Source: Bacteroidetes bacterium RIFCSPLOWO2_12_FULL_35_15 (GTDB lineage Bacteria; Bacteroidota; Bacteroidia; 2-12-FULL-35-15). From it: DNA of 64,000 nucleotides. Below are positions 19,142 to 27,839 of the stretch, one piece after another. The number at the start of each line of letters is the position of its first letter. The first letter of the stretch is position 1. The position numbers and the translations under genes are program-made. Location: positions 21,548 through 85,547 of the forward strand of contig MEPB01000048.1 of assembly GCA_001769385.1 (NCBI GenBank), read 5' to 3'. The notes below the pieces were generated by a model. The model was not told the DNA's origin. It did not search any database and worked only from the letters and a program-made list of their open reading frames with translations.

Positions 19142-19338
19142 ATGTCATTCCGACCGAAGTGGAGGAATCTTTATATTTATTCGCATAATTGTAAAAAGTA
19201 AAAAGATTTCTCCACTTCGGTCGAAATGACATTTAGGAACTGTCATTTCGACTGTAAGGAGAAATCTCATATTGAATTCTATAATCATAAAAGCGCGTGG
19301 TCACTTCGAGTTCGACCGGAGGGAGAGTATCGAGAAGA
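19142..19338. repeat. Cluster of REP-like hairpin elements
   Basis: Near-perfect 31-bp IR ATGTCATTCCGACCGAAGTGGAGGAATCTTT / AAAGATTTCTCCACTTCGGTCGAAATGACAT (19142-19232), plus half copies at 19241 and about 19300. Confidence 0.85.
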
Positions 19339-19431
19339 AGAGGGAAAAAAATGAATCCAAACATGTTCTTAATACACTTTCCTGAAAAAGAAAGGTTAAC
19401 GAACCCAAAACCTGGATTATGAATAAATAAA

Positions 19432-20274
19432 TTGAACCAAATTTATGCTGAATCTATTTTGAGAAACATTAAAATTCAAGATATTTATATTTATCCGATA
19501 AAATCCCTGGGAGGTATTCGTTTGGAGCAGGCATTGCTTGAACAACGCGGCTTGCAGCATGATAGAAGATGGATGTTGGTAGATGAAAACAATCGGTTTT
19601 TAAGTCAGCGGGAAATGGCACAGCTCACTTTATTTACTCTTTCACAACATAATTCCGGTTTCAAAATTAAAGCTCGTTTCGGAAACGAAGAAGAGTTCGA
19701 ACTCCCTTTTCAAATTCAGCAAGGTGAAACAATTCAGGCAACTGTTTGGGATGATATGTGTCCGGCAATTGAATATGCGAAAGGAAGTATTTGGTTTACG
19801 AAACAGATCAAACAGAAATGCAAATTGGTTTATATGCCTGACAATACCATGCGTTTTGTTGATAAGGAATATGCTCATAAAAATGAAATTGTATCGTTTA
19901 GTGATGGTTATCCAATGTTATTGATCGGACAAGAATCATTGGATGATCTGAACAAAAGATTACAACATCCAATTGGTATGGAACGATTTCGCCCAAACCT
20001 TGTTACTCACGGCAGTAATGCCTTTGAAGAAGATGATTGGAAACAAATCAGAATCAACACGGTTGAAATAAAAATTGCAAAATCCTGTGCGCGTTGTGTC
20101 ATTCCTTCTATAAATCCGTTAACCGCTCAAATAGAAAAAGAACCTAATGCAAGCCTTTCTAAATATCGTATGCGGGATAATAAAATTTACTTCGGACAAA
20201 ATTTACTTCACAAAAATGGCGGATTGATTTCTTGTGGAGATGAGGTGAAAATTACCGAAATGTTAAAATTTTAA
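19432..20274 (+). CDS. MOSC domain protein (YcbX-like)
   Basis: IYPIKSLGG, DRRWML, SFSDGYP, RFRPNLV, CARC and FGQN motifs. The exact start is uncertain. Confidence 0.92.
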   Translation: MNQIYAESILRNIKIQDIYIYPIKSLGGIRLEQALLEQRGLQHDRRWMLVDENNRFLSQREMAQLTLFTLSQHNSGFKIKARFGNEEEFELPFQIQQGETIQATVWDDMCPAIEYAKGSIWFTKQIKQKCKLVYMPDNTMRFVDKEYAHKNEIVSFSDGYPMLLIGQESLDDLNKRLQHPIGMERFRPNLVTHGSNAFEEDDWKQIRINTVEIKIAKSCARCVIPSINPLTAQIEKEPNASLSKYRMRDNKIYFGQNLLHKNGGLISCGDEVKITEMLKF

Positions 20275-20372
20275 TTTTGTGTGAAATACATTTATAACTT
20301 TGACACTTATCATTTTTTACTTTTTTATTAAAATTAAATTATCTGAATTAATTATTTATTAAAATAAAGAAC

Positions 20373-21281
20373 ATGCAAGCTAAAAAGAGATTTATTACAA
20401 GGATTATGTTTGCCGGAATCATTTGTGTTGGATTAACACAATGTGCTAAAGATGGTGCCGAAGGTCCTGCCGGAACAAATGGAACAAATGGAGTGGATGC
20501 CAATGCAATTTCTGCTGCTGATCAAGCTGCTTATAATGCTGCAAATGGTTTAAAAGGAGGTTTAGCCTATAATGAATTTTATATTTCCGAAACAGATTTT
20601 CCTCAACCTGCAGATACCATGATCACTAACAATCCTGATTTTTTCCGTTGTGCATCTTGTCATGGAATGGATCTGTTAGGTAGTAATGGTGCTGCTATTG
20701 CGGATGTGCCAACAGCAAGTGCGCCAACTGTTTCTTCCATAAATTTAAATACGTATGCTGCATCTCATAACATTAAACAAGTATATGATGCGGTGAAGCA
20801 TACGGGTGGTCGTTTACGTAAGCCAATTTCGTATAACAGTTTTACTTCCTTAAACAGTAATATGCCTGATTATGGTTTGATCATGAGTGATGGAATGATC
20901 TGGAATATTGTAAAATATCTGAAAGAAAAAGCTGTGAATACCGATAAGCTATATGACCTGACTACTTCCGGAACGTATCCCGGTGGAACAGCCACTTTTA
21001 CAAATTTTGGAAAAGATGGAATTGCAGCGAAAGGGATCATTTATTATAATGCAAATTGTACTACTGCAGGTTGCCATAATTCTACAGGATCTATACCTAG
21101 TTCTACTGAAACAGTTGGAGGCATTTTACGTTCAGAGCCGTATGCTGCTTATCACCTCATAAAATTTGGATTCCCCGGAACAGCTATGATCAATCTTCCT
21201 TTTCAATTAACAACAATGCCTGATACAACACTTCAAAATTTATACAAAGCAATTTCTGATACAACAGCTTTTCCGAATTAG
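20373..21281 (+). CDS. Putative lipoprotein c-type cytochrome (CxxCH plus CxxxxCH) with short collagen-like linker
   Basis: Lipobox-like LTQC, GAEGPAGTNGTNG, CASCH, CTTAGCH and distal Met candidates (NMPDY, TAMIN). Confidence 0.7.
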   Translation: MQAKKRFITRIMFAGIICVGLTQCAKDGAEGPAGTNGTNGVDANAISAADQAAYNAANGLKGGLAYNEFYISETDFPQPADTMITNNPDFFRCASCHGMDLLGSNGAAIADVPTASAPTVSSINLNTYAASHNIKQVYDAVKHTGGRLRKPISYNSFTSLNSNMPDYGLIMSDGMIWNIVKYLKEKAVNTDKLYDLTTSGTYPGGTATFTNFGKDGIAAKGIIYYNANCTTAGCHNSTGSIPSSTETVGGILRSEPYAAYHLIKFGFPGTAMINLPFQLTTMPDTTLQNLYKAISDTTAFPN

Positions 21282-21295
21282 AAAATCTAATTCAT

Positions 21296-21335
21296 AAAAA
21301 AAGCCAATTGAAAATTTTTTCAATTGGCTTTTTTT
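21296..21335. terminator. Bidirectional rho-independent terminator
   Basis: A7-GCCAATTGAAAA / TTTTCAATTGGC-T7 hairpin between convergent genes. Confidence 0.85.
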
Positions 21336-21458
21336 ATTCCCCTTTAAAGAGATGTTCTGCCTATGCTTGCATGAAATTCTGAATGCACATTTATTTCCTG
21401 CCTCGCTTTTAATTCGCTGCGCATTTTTTATTTCAAAGATAAAATATTTCTAATGAAA

Positions 21459-21491
21459 AGACCTGTCAGGTTTTCAAAACCTGACAGGTCT
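21459..21491. repeat. Perfect 33-bp palindrome (REP-like)
   Basis: AGACCTGTCAGGTTTT-C-AAAACCTGACAGGTCT, with 16-bp perfect arms. Confidence 0.9.
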
Positions 21492-21603
21492 GGTATCACA
21501 ATGCTTTAGTTCTTCTCTCTGCGTGGAGAGCCTAAGTGGATGGGCTACTCAAAGATAAATTCCGTTTTCTAAAGTTTGAAGATTTAACTCAGTTGGTTGA
21601 TTA

Positions 21604-22038
21604 TTATTTTTTTATGAATTTTTGTTCTGCTTCATATATTATTGTATCAGGTAAATTACCTAAATCAATTTCGATATAATGAAAATGAAGGGAAGTTGGA
21701 GTTATTAAGGTTGTCCATCTAGTTGTATCAGCACCTAATATCATTGATAATGAGTCATTATTAAAGGTGTAAGTACCTGTGTCTTTTGCAACCATATTAT
21801 CAAATTCAATAAAAGTGTTATTACTGTTGAACCTAATCCAATATGTGTTGGAAGGTACATTTATTGTATCTGCGTTTCCCAGAATACCATTTGTATAATT
21901 GTAAGAAATATTCTTCTGTAATTCCCACAAATTAATTAGACTAATAGCTACCGCAGATGCTGTTGGACTTGGGCTTTGTTTGTCTTTTGTGCAACTCAAA
22001 AGAAAGAGGAATGATAAAAATAAATAATAAATTTTCAT
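21604..22038 (-). CDS. Lipocalin-like lipoprotein
   Basis: LLSC lipobox, LINLWEL and FNSNNTF...GTYTF..DSLSM. Confidence 0.65.
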   Translation of the reverse strand: MKIYYLFLSFLFLLSCTKDKQSPSPTASAVAISLINLWELQKNISYNYTNGILGNADTINVPSNTYWIRFNSNNTFIEFDNMVAKDTGTYTFNNDSLSMILGADTTRWTTLITPTSLHFHYIEIDLGNLPDTIIYEAEQKFIKK

Positions 22039-22083
22039 GGAAATATATGTGTTAGATTACCTTTTGATACATTGATTAGTTCT

Positions 22084-22848
22084 TTATTTTTTCTTGCCGA
22101 AACCAAAACCAATACCAAACTCTACTCCGTAAGAATAAAGATAGAGTTTATGATACCAAGCATCATCACCCAGTGCACTGTCACGATGTGAAGTTAGAAA
22201 ACCAGTAAATGTTGGTTTAAGACTTAGAATCACATTCTGCTTTGTATAATAATTTAATCCTATACTACCATTGCCACTGAGATAATTGGAAAAACTAAAA
22301 GCTTCTCTTTCGTAAGTCGAAACAACTCCTATATGTTTTATCACACTTCTTGAAATATTGTAATAATTAATGCCTAAGGCGAAAGTGGCATAAAGCCTTT
22401 TTGATAATTCAAACTCTCCATTCATTAGTAATGGAATTCCAATTAAATAATAATTCATTTTATATGTACGATAGTCATAATAATTTATTTGACCATATTT
22501 ATCATACGAAATGTAATATAAAAACCTTTTTGTATAATATCCTTTGTTTTCAAGTATTAAACCAGTCTGAATGAAAAAATGTTTGGCACACTTATATGAT
22601 AATAGTGTTGAAGCGTGCCAACCTATTTTTGGAATTTGATCAGATGTTTTATAACCAACACCAGAACTGTTGATTGGCGGTTCTGCAATTTTATGACTTA
22701 TTCTATAGTTATAGTCTGGTGAAAATAAAAAATTTAAAGCCCATTTTGATTCCTTGGTCACTTGCATATTTGTCGAATCTTGCGCCAACAATGAATGCCA
22801 AATAAAAATACAATAAACTAAAATTAAGAATTTTTTCATCATCGCCAT
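22084..22848 (-). CDS. Outer membrane beta-barrel protein (PorT/OMP_b-brl-like)
   Basis: Signal peptide, alternating aromatic strands (IQTGL...KGY, YYLIGIPL) and C-terminal YSYGVEFGIGF. Confidence 0.75.
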   Translation of the reverse strand: MAMMKKFLILVYCIFIWHSLLAQDSTNMQVTKESKWALNFLFSPDYNYRISHKIAEPPINSSGVGYKTSDQIPKIGWHASTLLSYKCAKHFFIQTGLILENKGYYTKRFLYYISYDKYGQINYYDYRTYKMNYYLIGIPLLMNGEFELSKRLYATFALGINYYNISRSVIKHIGVVSTYEREAFSFSNYLSGNGSIGLNYYTKQNVILSLKPTFTGFLTSHRDSALGDDAWYHKLYLYSYGVEFGIGFGFGKKK

Positions 22849-23520
22849 TAATTTAATATGAGTTTGCCAATGTGGGTAATGCCTTTACAATTAACTACTT
22901 TGATTATATATATTCCCTTTGGATGATCTGTAAGATCAATTGAAATATTTTGATTTTCAGAAGCAATAACCTGTTTTTTCCAAATACAATTTCCTAAAGT
23001 ACCATATACATAAATTCCAGAATCTAATTTATCGCTGAATTGCAAAGTAAATATTCCTGTGGTTGGATTAGGATAAATTTTAAACACCCCATCTTCCTTT
23101 TCTTCAATATTAATAGCATTTAACAGTGTTACTTTACGGTTATCGGAGCTGTCGCAATTGAGAACCACAATTTGTTCGGTAAGGGTATCTGTAATTCCAT
23201 TATTATCATTTATTATTAATGTTGTCATGTAGGTACCGGGGGTATTGAAAAATACTTTTGGATGTGCAAGTTGGGATGTTGTGCCATTTCCAAAATCCCA
23301 ATGATAACTATACAGCGTACCTAAAGTATCATCGCCAAATAATCCATCAAAACTTAGTGTATCATTGGGGCAATCCAACGTATCTGTATCTGTTTTTGTT
23401 TCAGATAATTCTTTTGCCCCATTGAGATAAATTTTATATGCGTAATCATCTGCATAGCTAAACATATCGTGAACATCTATCTTTAATTTTCCCGACAAGG
23501 TTGTCATGTAAGTATTAGAA
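22848..23520 (-). pseudogene. C-terminal remnant of a T9SS cargo protein (PKD domain + type A CTD), in frame with the transposase
   Basis: YSYHWDFGNGTTS..HPK..GTY PKD and IYPNPTTG...KGIYIIKV CTD. It has no signal peptide or N-terminus of its own. Confidence 0.65.
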
Positions 23521-23629
23521 TGATAATTTGAAACTGCCCCGTACGAGCTAAGCTGACGCGTTTTGCTTTTTTGTGCGGCAGGGCTTAGGTTGTTTTTAAT
23601 TTCTGTTAAGCTTTGCTTACAAGATGTTT

Positions 23630-24162
23630 CAAATCGTTCATCAAGTTTTATTGGTCCGTTTTCATAAGCACTACTCATTCTCCATTCATTTGGTTGATTT
23701 ACAAAACCTGCTTCAACAGGATTAGAATGAATGTAATCGACTTTTTGTTGGATCATTTTATTGCTATATAAAAAGAAAGGATGGTTATCATGTTTCCAAA
23801 ATTGCATGCCTTGTTTTTGTGGACTATGCTTTCCATAAAATTCGAATTGATAAAGCATCCATTCTTTTCTGCTCTCTTGAGGATTTTCAGTAATTGCTTT
23901 CAATAATTTTTTTGCTGTAAAAGATTTCAAATCTCTTAAACTATTCGAAATTTCACCGTTTTCAGAATACGAAATAAAATGAACATGGCTTGGCATGATG
24001 CAATAACAATATATTTTCAGATTTTTTATTTTTCTGGCAGTACTGAATACTTTCAATTAAAATTTCCTGATATTCTCTTCTTGTAAAAACATCAATCCAT
24101 CCAGCAACACTAAAACTTACAAAATATAAACCCGTGCTATCTGTTTTGTATTTCTCTGACAT
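23630..24162 (-). mobile_element. REP-associated tyrosine transposase (RAYT / Y1 HUH), frameshifted
   Basis: MSEKYK..LYFVSFSVAGWIDVFTR (ATG 24162) continues after a +1 shift in the A6 run (24022-24027) into CIMPSHVH (HUH), RDLKSFT, QFWKHDNH and DYIHSNPV (catalytic Tyr). Confidence 0.88.
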
Positions 24163-24321
24163 AGAAAACAAATTTAGTAAAAATGAAATTTAAACTTTTA
24201 CTTCAACCATTTTCTTTCGTAAGCAGCGCTTACAGACAACAAAAAACACGAAGTAGCTATACACGAGCTTGCACTCGAACTTCGCGCTTACTGTTTTTCT
24301 ATACCTTAATGGCCTATGGGG

Positions 24322-24915
24322 TTAATAATTCGAACTGCCTAAAGTAATGGAGTTAAAAAATGTATTTTTATTTGCTGTTAAATTTGTTAAATCATCTTGA
24401 AAGCCTGCAATCATAAATGTAAGAAGTGATTTTGGTTTATAATAAATGCGTGTATATGATAATACGATTCTACCAGTATAAAGATCATTATATGTTAAAT
24501 TCATCTCCAATCCTTTATATCCGCTTGATAAGGCAAGTGTGTTCATTTCTGTTTGTGACGAATTTGTACTTCCAATAAAACTATTTACAATTGCGCTTAA
24601 AGTATCGCCCTGTGTAAGTTGTAAGGCATTAGTAAATGTAGTGTTTGAAGAATCCAGATTCGCACCGGTAAATTTTAGTATGTGAAAAAATAAAGAGGAG
24701 TCTTTCACCATTGAATAATGTTTAATATTTAGTGTATCCATAACTGTTGGATTATCTGGCAAGGAAAAGTTAAATCGTACTGTATCATTAATCACAGAGT
24801 CTTCCGAAAGCCTAATGACAGGCGTTTTGTCAACTACTATAGGCCATGGAGGAGTTTGACAAAACAGATTAGTAATTTGTATTGAACAAATAATTGCAAG
24901 TATGTAATTTTTCAT
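24322..24915 (-). CDS. Hypothetical secreted protein
   Basis: 197-aa ORF with a signal-peptide-like N-terminus; no recognised motif. Confidence 0.7.
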   Translation of the reverse strand: MKNYILAIICSIQITNLFCQTPPWPIVVDKTPVIRLSEDSVINDTVRFNFSLPDNPTVMDTLNIKHYSMVKDSSLFFHILKFTGANLDSSNTTFTNALQLTQGDTLSAIVNSFIGSTNSSQTEMNTLALSSGYKGLEMNLTYNDLYTGRIVLSYTRIYYKPKSLLTFMIAGFQDDLTNLTANKNTFFNSITLGSSNY

Positions 24916-25011
24916 GGTTTATATTTTTTTGTCCTGTTTTTTAAATTCATCATAGAGCCAGAAATAATCTAAATTCTTAATTTATTCCTTCACAAACTTT
25001 TTATCACTATT

Positions 25012-27342
25012 TTATTGTTTAATTAATTTTTTTATTTCCATTTCTTCCAATTCATTAATGCTGCGTACATAATAAATACCTGCTGAATAAGCAGAAATAT
25101 CAATACTAAATACCGTATTAGATGAAGCATCGCTTGACCAAATAGCTTTGCCCATCATATCAAAAACTTTTAAATCTTTTATCCCAATGGGTTGGTTGTT
25201 ATGAGTTACAACAATTTGAAAAGTGCCGTTGTTTGGATTTGGTATAATGCTGATTCCAGAAACCGTTTGTGTTTTTGAAACAGTACCTTGTGTATTAACT
25301 AATGCAGACGAATTCGTATTTTGTACAATAGGGTTATTATCGCTATTACTTGCAGATTCAATATTATCGGTTTCTTTTGGATAGTTTACAAAAGTTGTTT
25401 GTCCTGTATAGGCTACTAAATTTTCTGTTGGTGATTGATTATTTGAGTCTGTTGAAGCTATTGGTTTCCTGTATTCTCCATCCGTTGCACAATGAAATCG
25501 TTGAACTGTGGCAGCAAATTCTGAACCTGCCTGAGCTTGGAAACCAGGTAATAATGCGATTTCTTCCCCTGCATGATAGGTTACATCAGCATTATTATTA
25601 ACAGTATTGCTTGCTGTGATAGTATTAAAGGCTTCAACAGTTGTTGGATTACCTGAGTTACCAAAAGTTATTCCACCAACAACTGAAGGGTAAGGGATTG
25701 TAATTACCCTGTCCATATAATTAACTGTTGCAACGGTGTTGCCTTGAATAATATGATACAAATTATAATACAGCATATAGTCCAAACCATTGTATTCTCC
25801 ATCAGGTGAACCAATATTATCGCCATTCATTTTATGATACCCATATGGTGGTCTTGGAATTCTACATTCTTCGTCATAAACTCGGCTGTCGGCAGACCAT
25901 TCAAATGTCGCACAATTACCACCTGTATAATGATAACAATAAGGTCCATTACAAGGTGCACTATTGATCAAATCTGTATATTTACTATCAGGTATTGGGT
26001 TTATTCCACCATGCAATACCTGACGAAGTAATGGCATATGCCAGTTCTGAAGTGCAAGACCTGGTATGCCATAATCTAAAGTTGCAGCATATTGCCTTCC
26101 AGCAAGGCTAATAGCTGTTATATTATGCGGTGGTTGAGGTAATAAGGAAGTCAATAAAAGTGCTAATTCAGCTGCATGATTTGGATTTGCGTAATAAATT
26201 GGATGTGAAATGATCTGTTCCATTATTGGAACAGGATTAGGATATGTTAAGGATACATTATCATACCAACAATTACCAATTGCTGCCAACTGTTCAACCT
26301 TATAATCTTCATGAACTGGCCCCAATCCATAACCTTGAAAAAGAACAATATTACTTAATACTTTTGGTTCGTACTGATAAGTATTACAAGAATGAACAAA
26401 AGGAAAGCATTCAGCATAAGTAGGCTGAGCAGGGGCAGGCAAAAAGTCAGGATCTGATAGTACATTATTAATATAGCAAGTTGCTTCGCTTGCCCCATAA
26501 AGAAGGTACCAAGGATTTGGACCATTAACTACAAGATTTCCATCAGGTTGTTTTACTTTCCAATCATTATTTTGTAAATAAGTCATAATTCTATTGGTGA
26601 TATTTAGAGCTTCTTGTCGGATATTAGTATTGCCATCATAATTATTCAATGATTGCGCAACCCATTGCCCGGAAGAATTTTTTATTTTATATTCAATTGG
26701 TGAATAAATTGGTAGGCAGCGTGCCATTAATGCAAAGCCACTAAACAAATGCCATATCTGGTCATGACTCATCCATGTACCGGGTTGAAATCCTTGAGCA
26801 ACAGCATCATAATAATCCGAGTAAACGGTATTAATTGATGTGGATGAGGCGATACCATTTTTCAATTTGGGATGATCATCTAAAAACGTACTATATACAT
26901 CATCCCTCATAAAAAAGCCATTTAAATTAGCGGATGATTGTGTTAAAGGAGGTGTTGCATTAATGTTATAAAAGAATGTTTCAGCTTCTTCATCCAAGCG
27001 GTTAAAAGCTTTTAAAGCGTAATATAATTCTTGAACAGTTGTATCTGTTAGTTGATTATTATCACGTAATAATTTATATTCAGTAGCCAAAACGGCAATA
27101 TAGTTGCCAAGGCAAATTATTTGGTCACCCCATTTTGCTCCTGAAATTGTATTAGTAATGTTATACCCTCTTTCGCCCATTGGAGATGAACATCCCTGGC
27201 AATCACCTTTTGCCAAAAAATCGTTTACCAAACGGTAATGATACCACCAATATTTTTTCAAATTTAGTTGGTCGGTTTGGGCATTTACATGAATCGAATG
27301 GATAAATGTAAGTACAAATAAAATTTTATATAATCTTTTCAT
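25012..27342 (-). CDS. T9SS type A cargo protein with unrecognised large N-terminal domain
   Basis: Signal peptide; ITASNTVNNNADVTYHAGEEIALLPGF (3-coathanger-stack-like segment); IPNPNNG...AGIYYV CTD. Confidence 0.8.
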   Translation of the reverse strand: MKRLYKILFVLTFIHSIHVNAQTDQLNLKKYWWYHYRLVNDFLAKGDCQGCSSPMGERGYNITNTISGAKWGDQIICLGNYIAVLATEYKLLRDNNQLTDTTVQELYYALKAFNRLDEEAETFFYNINATPPLTQSSANLNGFFMRDDVYSTFLDDHPKLKNGIASSTSINTVYSDYYDAVAQGFQPGTWMSHDQIWHLFSGFALMARCLPIYSPIEYKIKNSSGQWVAQSLNNYDGNTNIRQEALNITNRIMTYLQNNDWKVKQPDGNLVVNGPNPWYLLYGASEATCYINNVLSDPDFLPAPAQPTYAECFPFVHSCNTYQYEPKVLSNIVLFQGYGLGPVHEDYKVEQLAAIGNCWYDNVSLTYPNPVPIMEQIISHPIYYANPNHAAELALLLTSLLPQPPHNITAISLAGRQYAATLDYGIPGLALQNWHMPLLRQVLHGGINPIPDSKYTDLINSAPCNGPYCYHYTGGNCATFEWSADSRVYDEECRIPRPPYGYHKMNGDNIGSPDGEYNGLDYMLYYNLYHIIQGNTVATVNYMDRVITIPYPSVVGGITFGNSGNPTTVEAFNTITASNTVNNNADVTYHAGEEIALLPGFQAQAGSEFAATVQRFHCATDGEYRKPIASTDSNNQSPTENLVAYTGQTTFVNYPKETDNIESASNSDNNPIVQNTNSSALVNTQGTVSKTQTVSGISIIPNPNNGTFQIVVTHNNQPIGIKDLKVFDMMGKAIWSSDASSNTVFSIDISAYSAGIYYVRSINELEEMEIKKLIKQ

Positions 27343-27353
27343 TATTGAGTCCT

Positions 27354-27839
27354 TTAGCGTTTTAATTTCAAATAATATTCTTTTCCATTATAATTGCTTT
27401 TCAACCAAAAATCTTTCATTGTCAATCTTTGAATTGCCCAAATACATGGTTGATGTAATGTTATATTATTGGGAGGCATTAAACTATTATTGGGAGGGAA
27501 GGGAGTACTTGTACTAATTTCAATGTCCTTTTTATTATTAGTAAATGCCCAATGTCCACTAAATCCTTCATTGGGGTTTACAATCAAATTATTACATCTA
27601 AATTCATAGGTTGGATCGTTATCACCATGTGCCTGATGAAACCTGTATTTCCCATAATAAGGATCTTTAAAATAAGCAGAGGAATCGTTACCGTTTATTG
27701 AAAAATAATCAACAATCCAGTCGCCATTCACTATCCTGTGTTCTTTTGTAAAGATTGATAATAATGGTCCATCTGGATATTTTTTGCAACTTGTAATTAC
27801 TATGACTACAAGTATTGTATACAGTAATTTTTTTTTCAT
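27354..27839 (-). CDS. Lipoprotein, lipocalin-like
   Basis: ITSC lipobox, CKKYPDGP..S....RI...W and W.IQRLT.KDFWL. Confidence 0.7.
   Translation of the reverse strand: MKKKLLYTILVVIVITSCKKYPDGPLLSIFTKEHRIVNGDWIVDYFSINGNDSSAYFKDPYYGKYRFHQAHGDNDPTYEFRCNNLIVNPNEGFSGHWAFTNNKKDIEISTSTPFPPNNSLMPPNNITLHQPCIWAIQRLTMKDFWLKSNYNGKEYYLKLKR

Noticed and set aside
24015-24035. Programmed ribosomal frameshift in the transposase
   Set aside because: Y1/RAYT transposases are normally single ORFs and a +1 shift would be needed. Mutation or sequencing error is simpler.
22848-24056. Single genuine 402-aa gene as given in the ORF track
   Set aside because: It is a chimera of a transposase C-terminal part and a cargo remnant. 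The TTG start is out of frame with the real transposase N-terminus.
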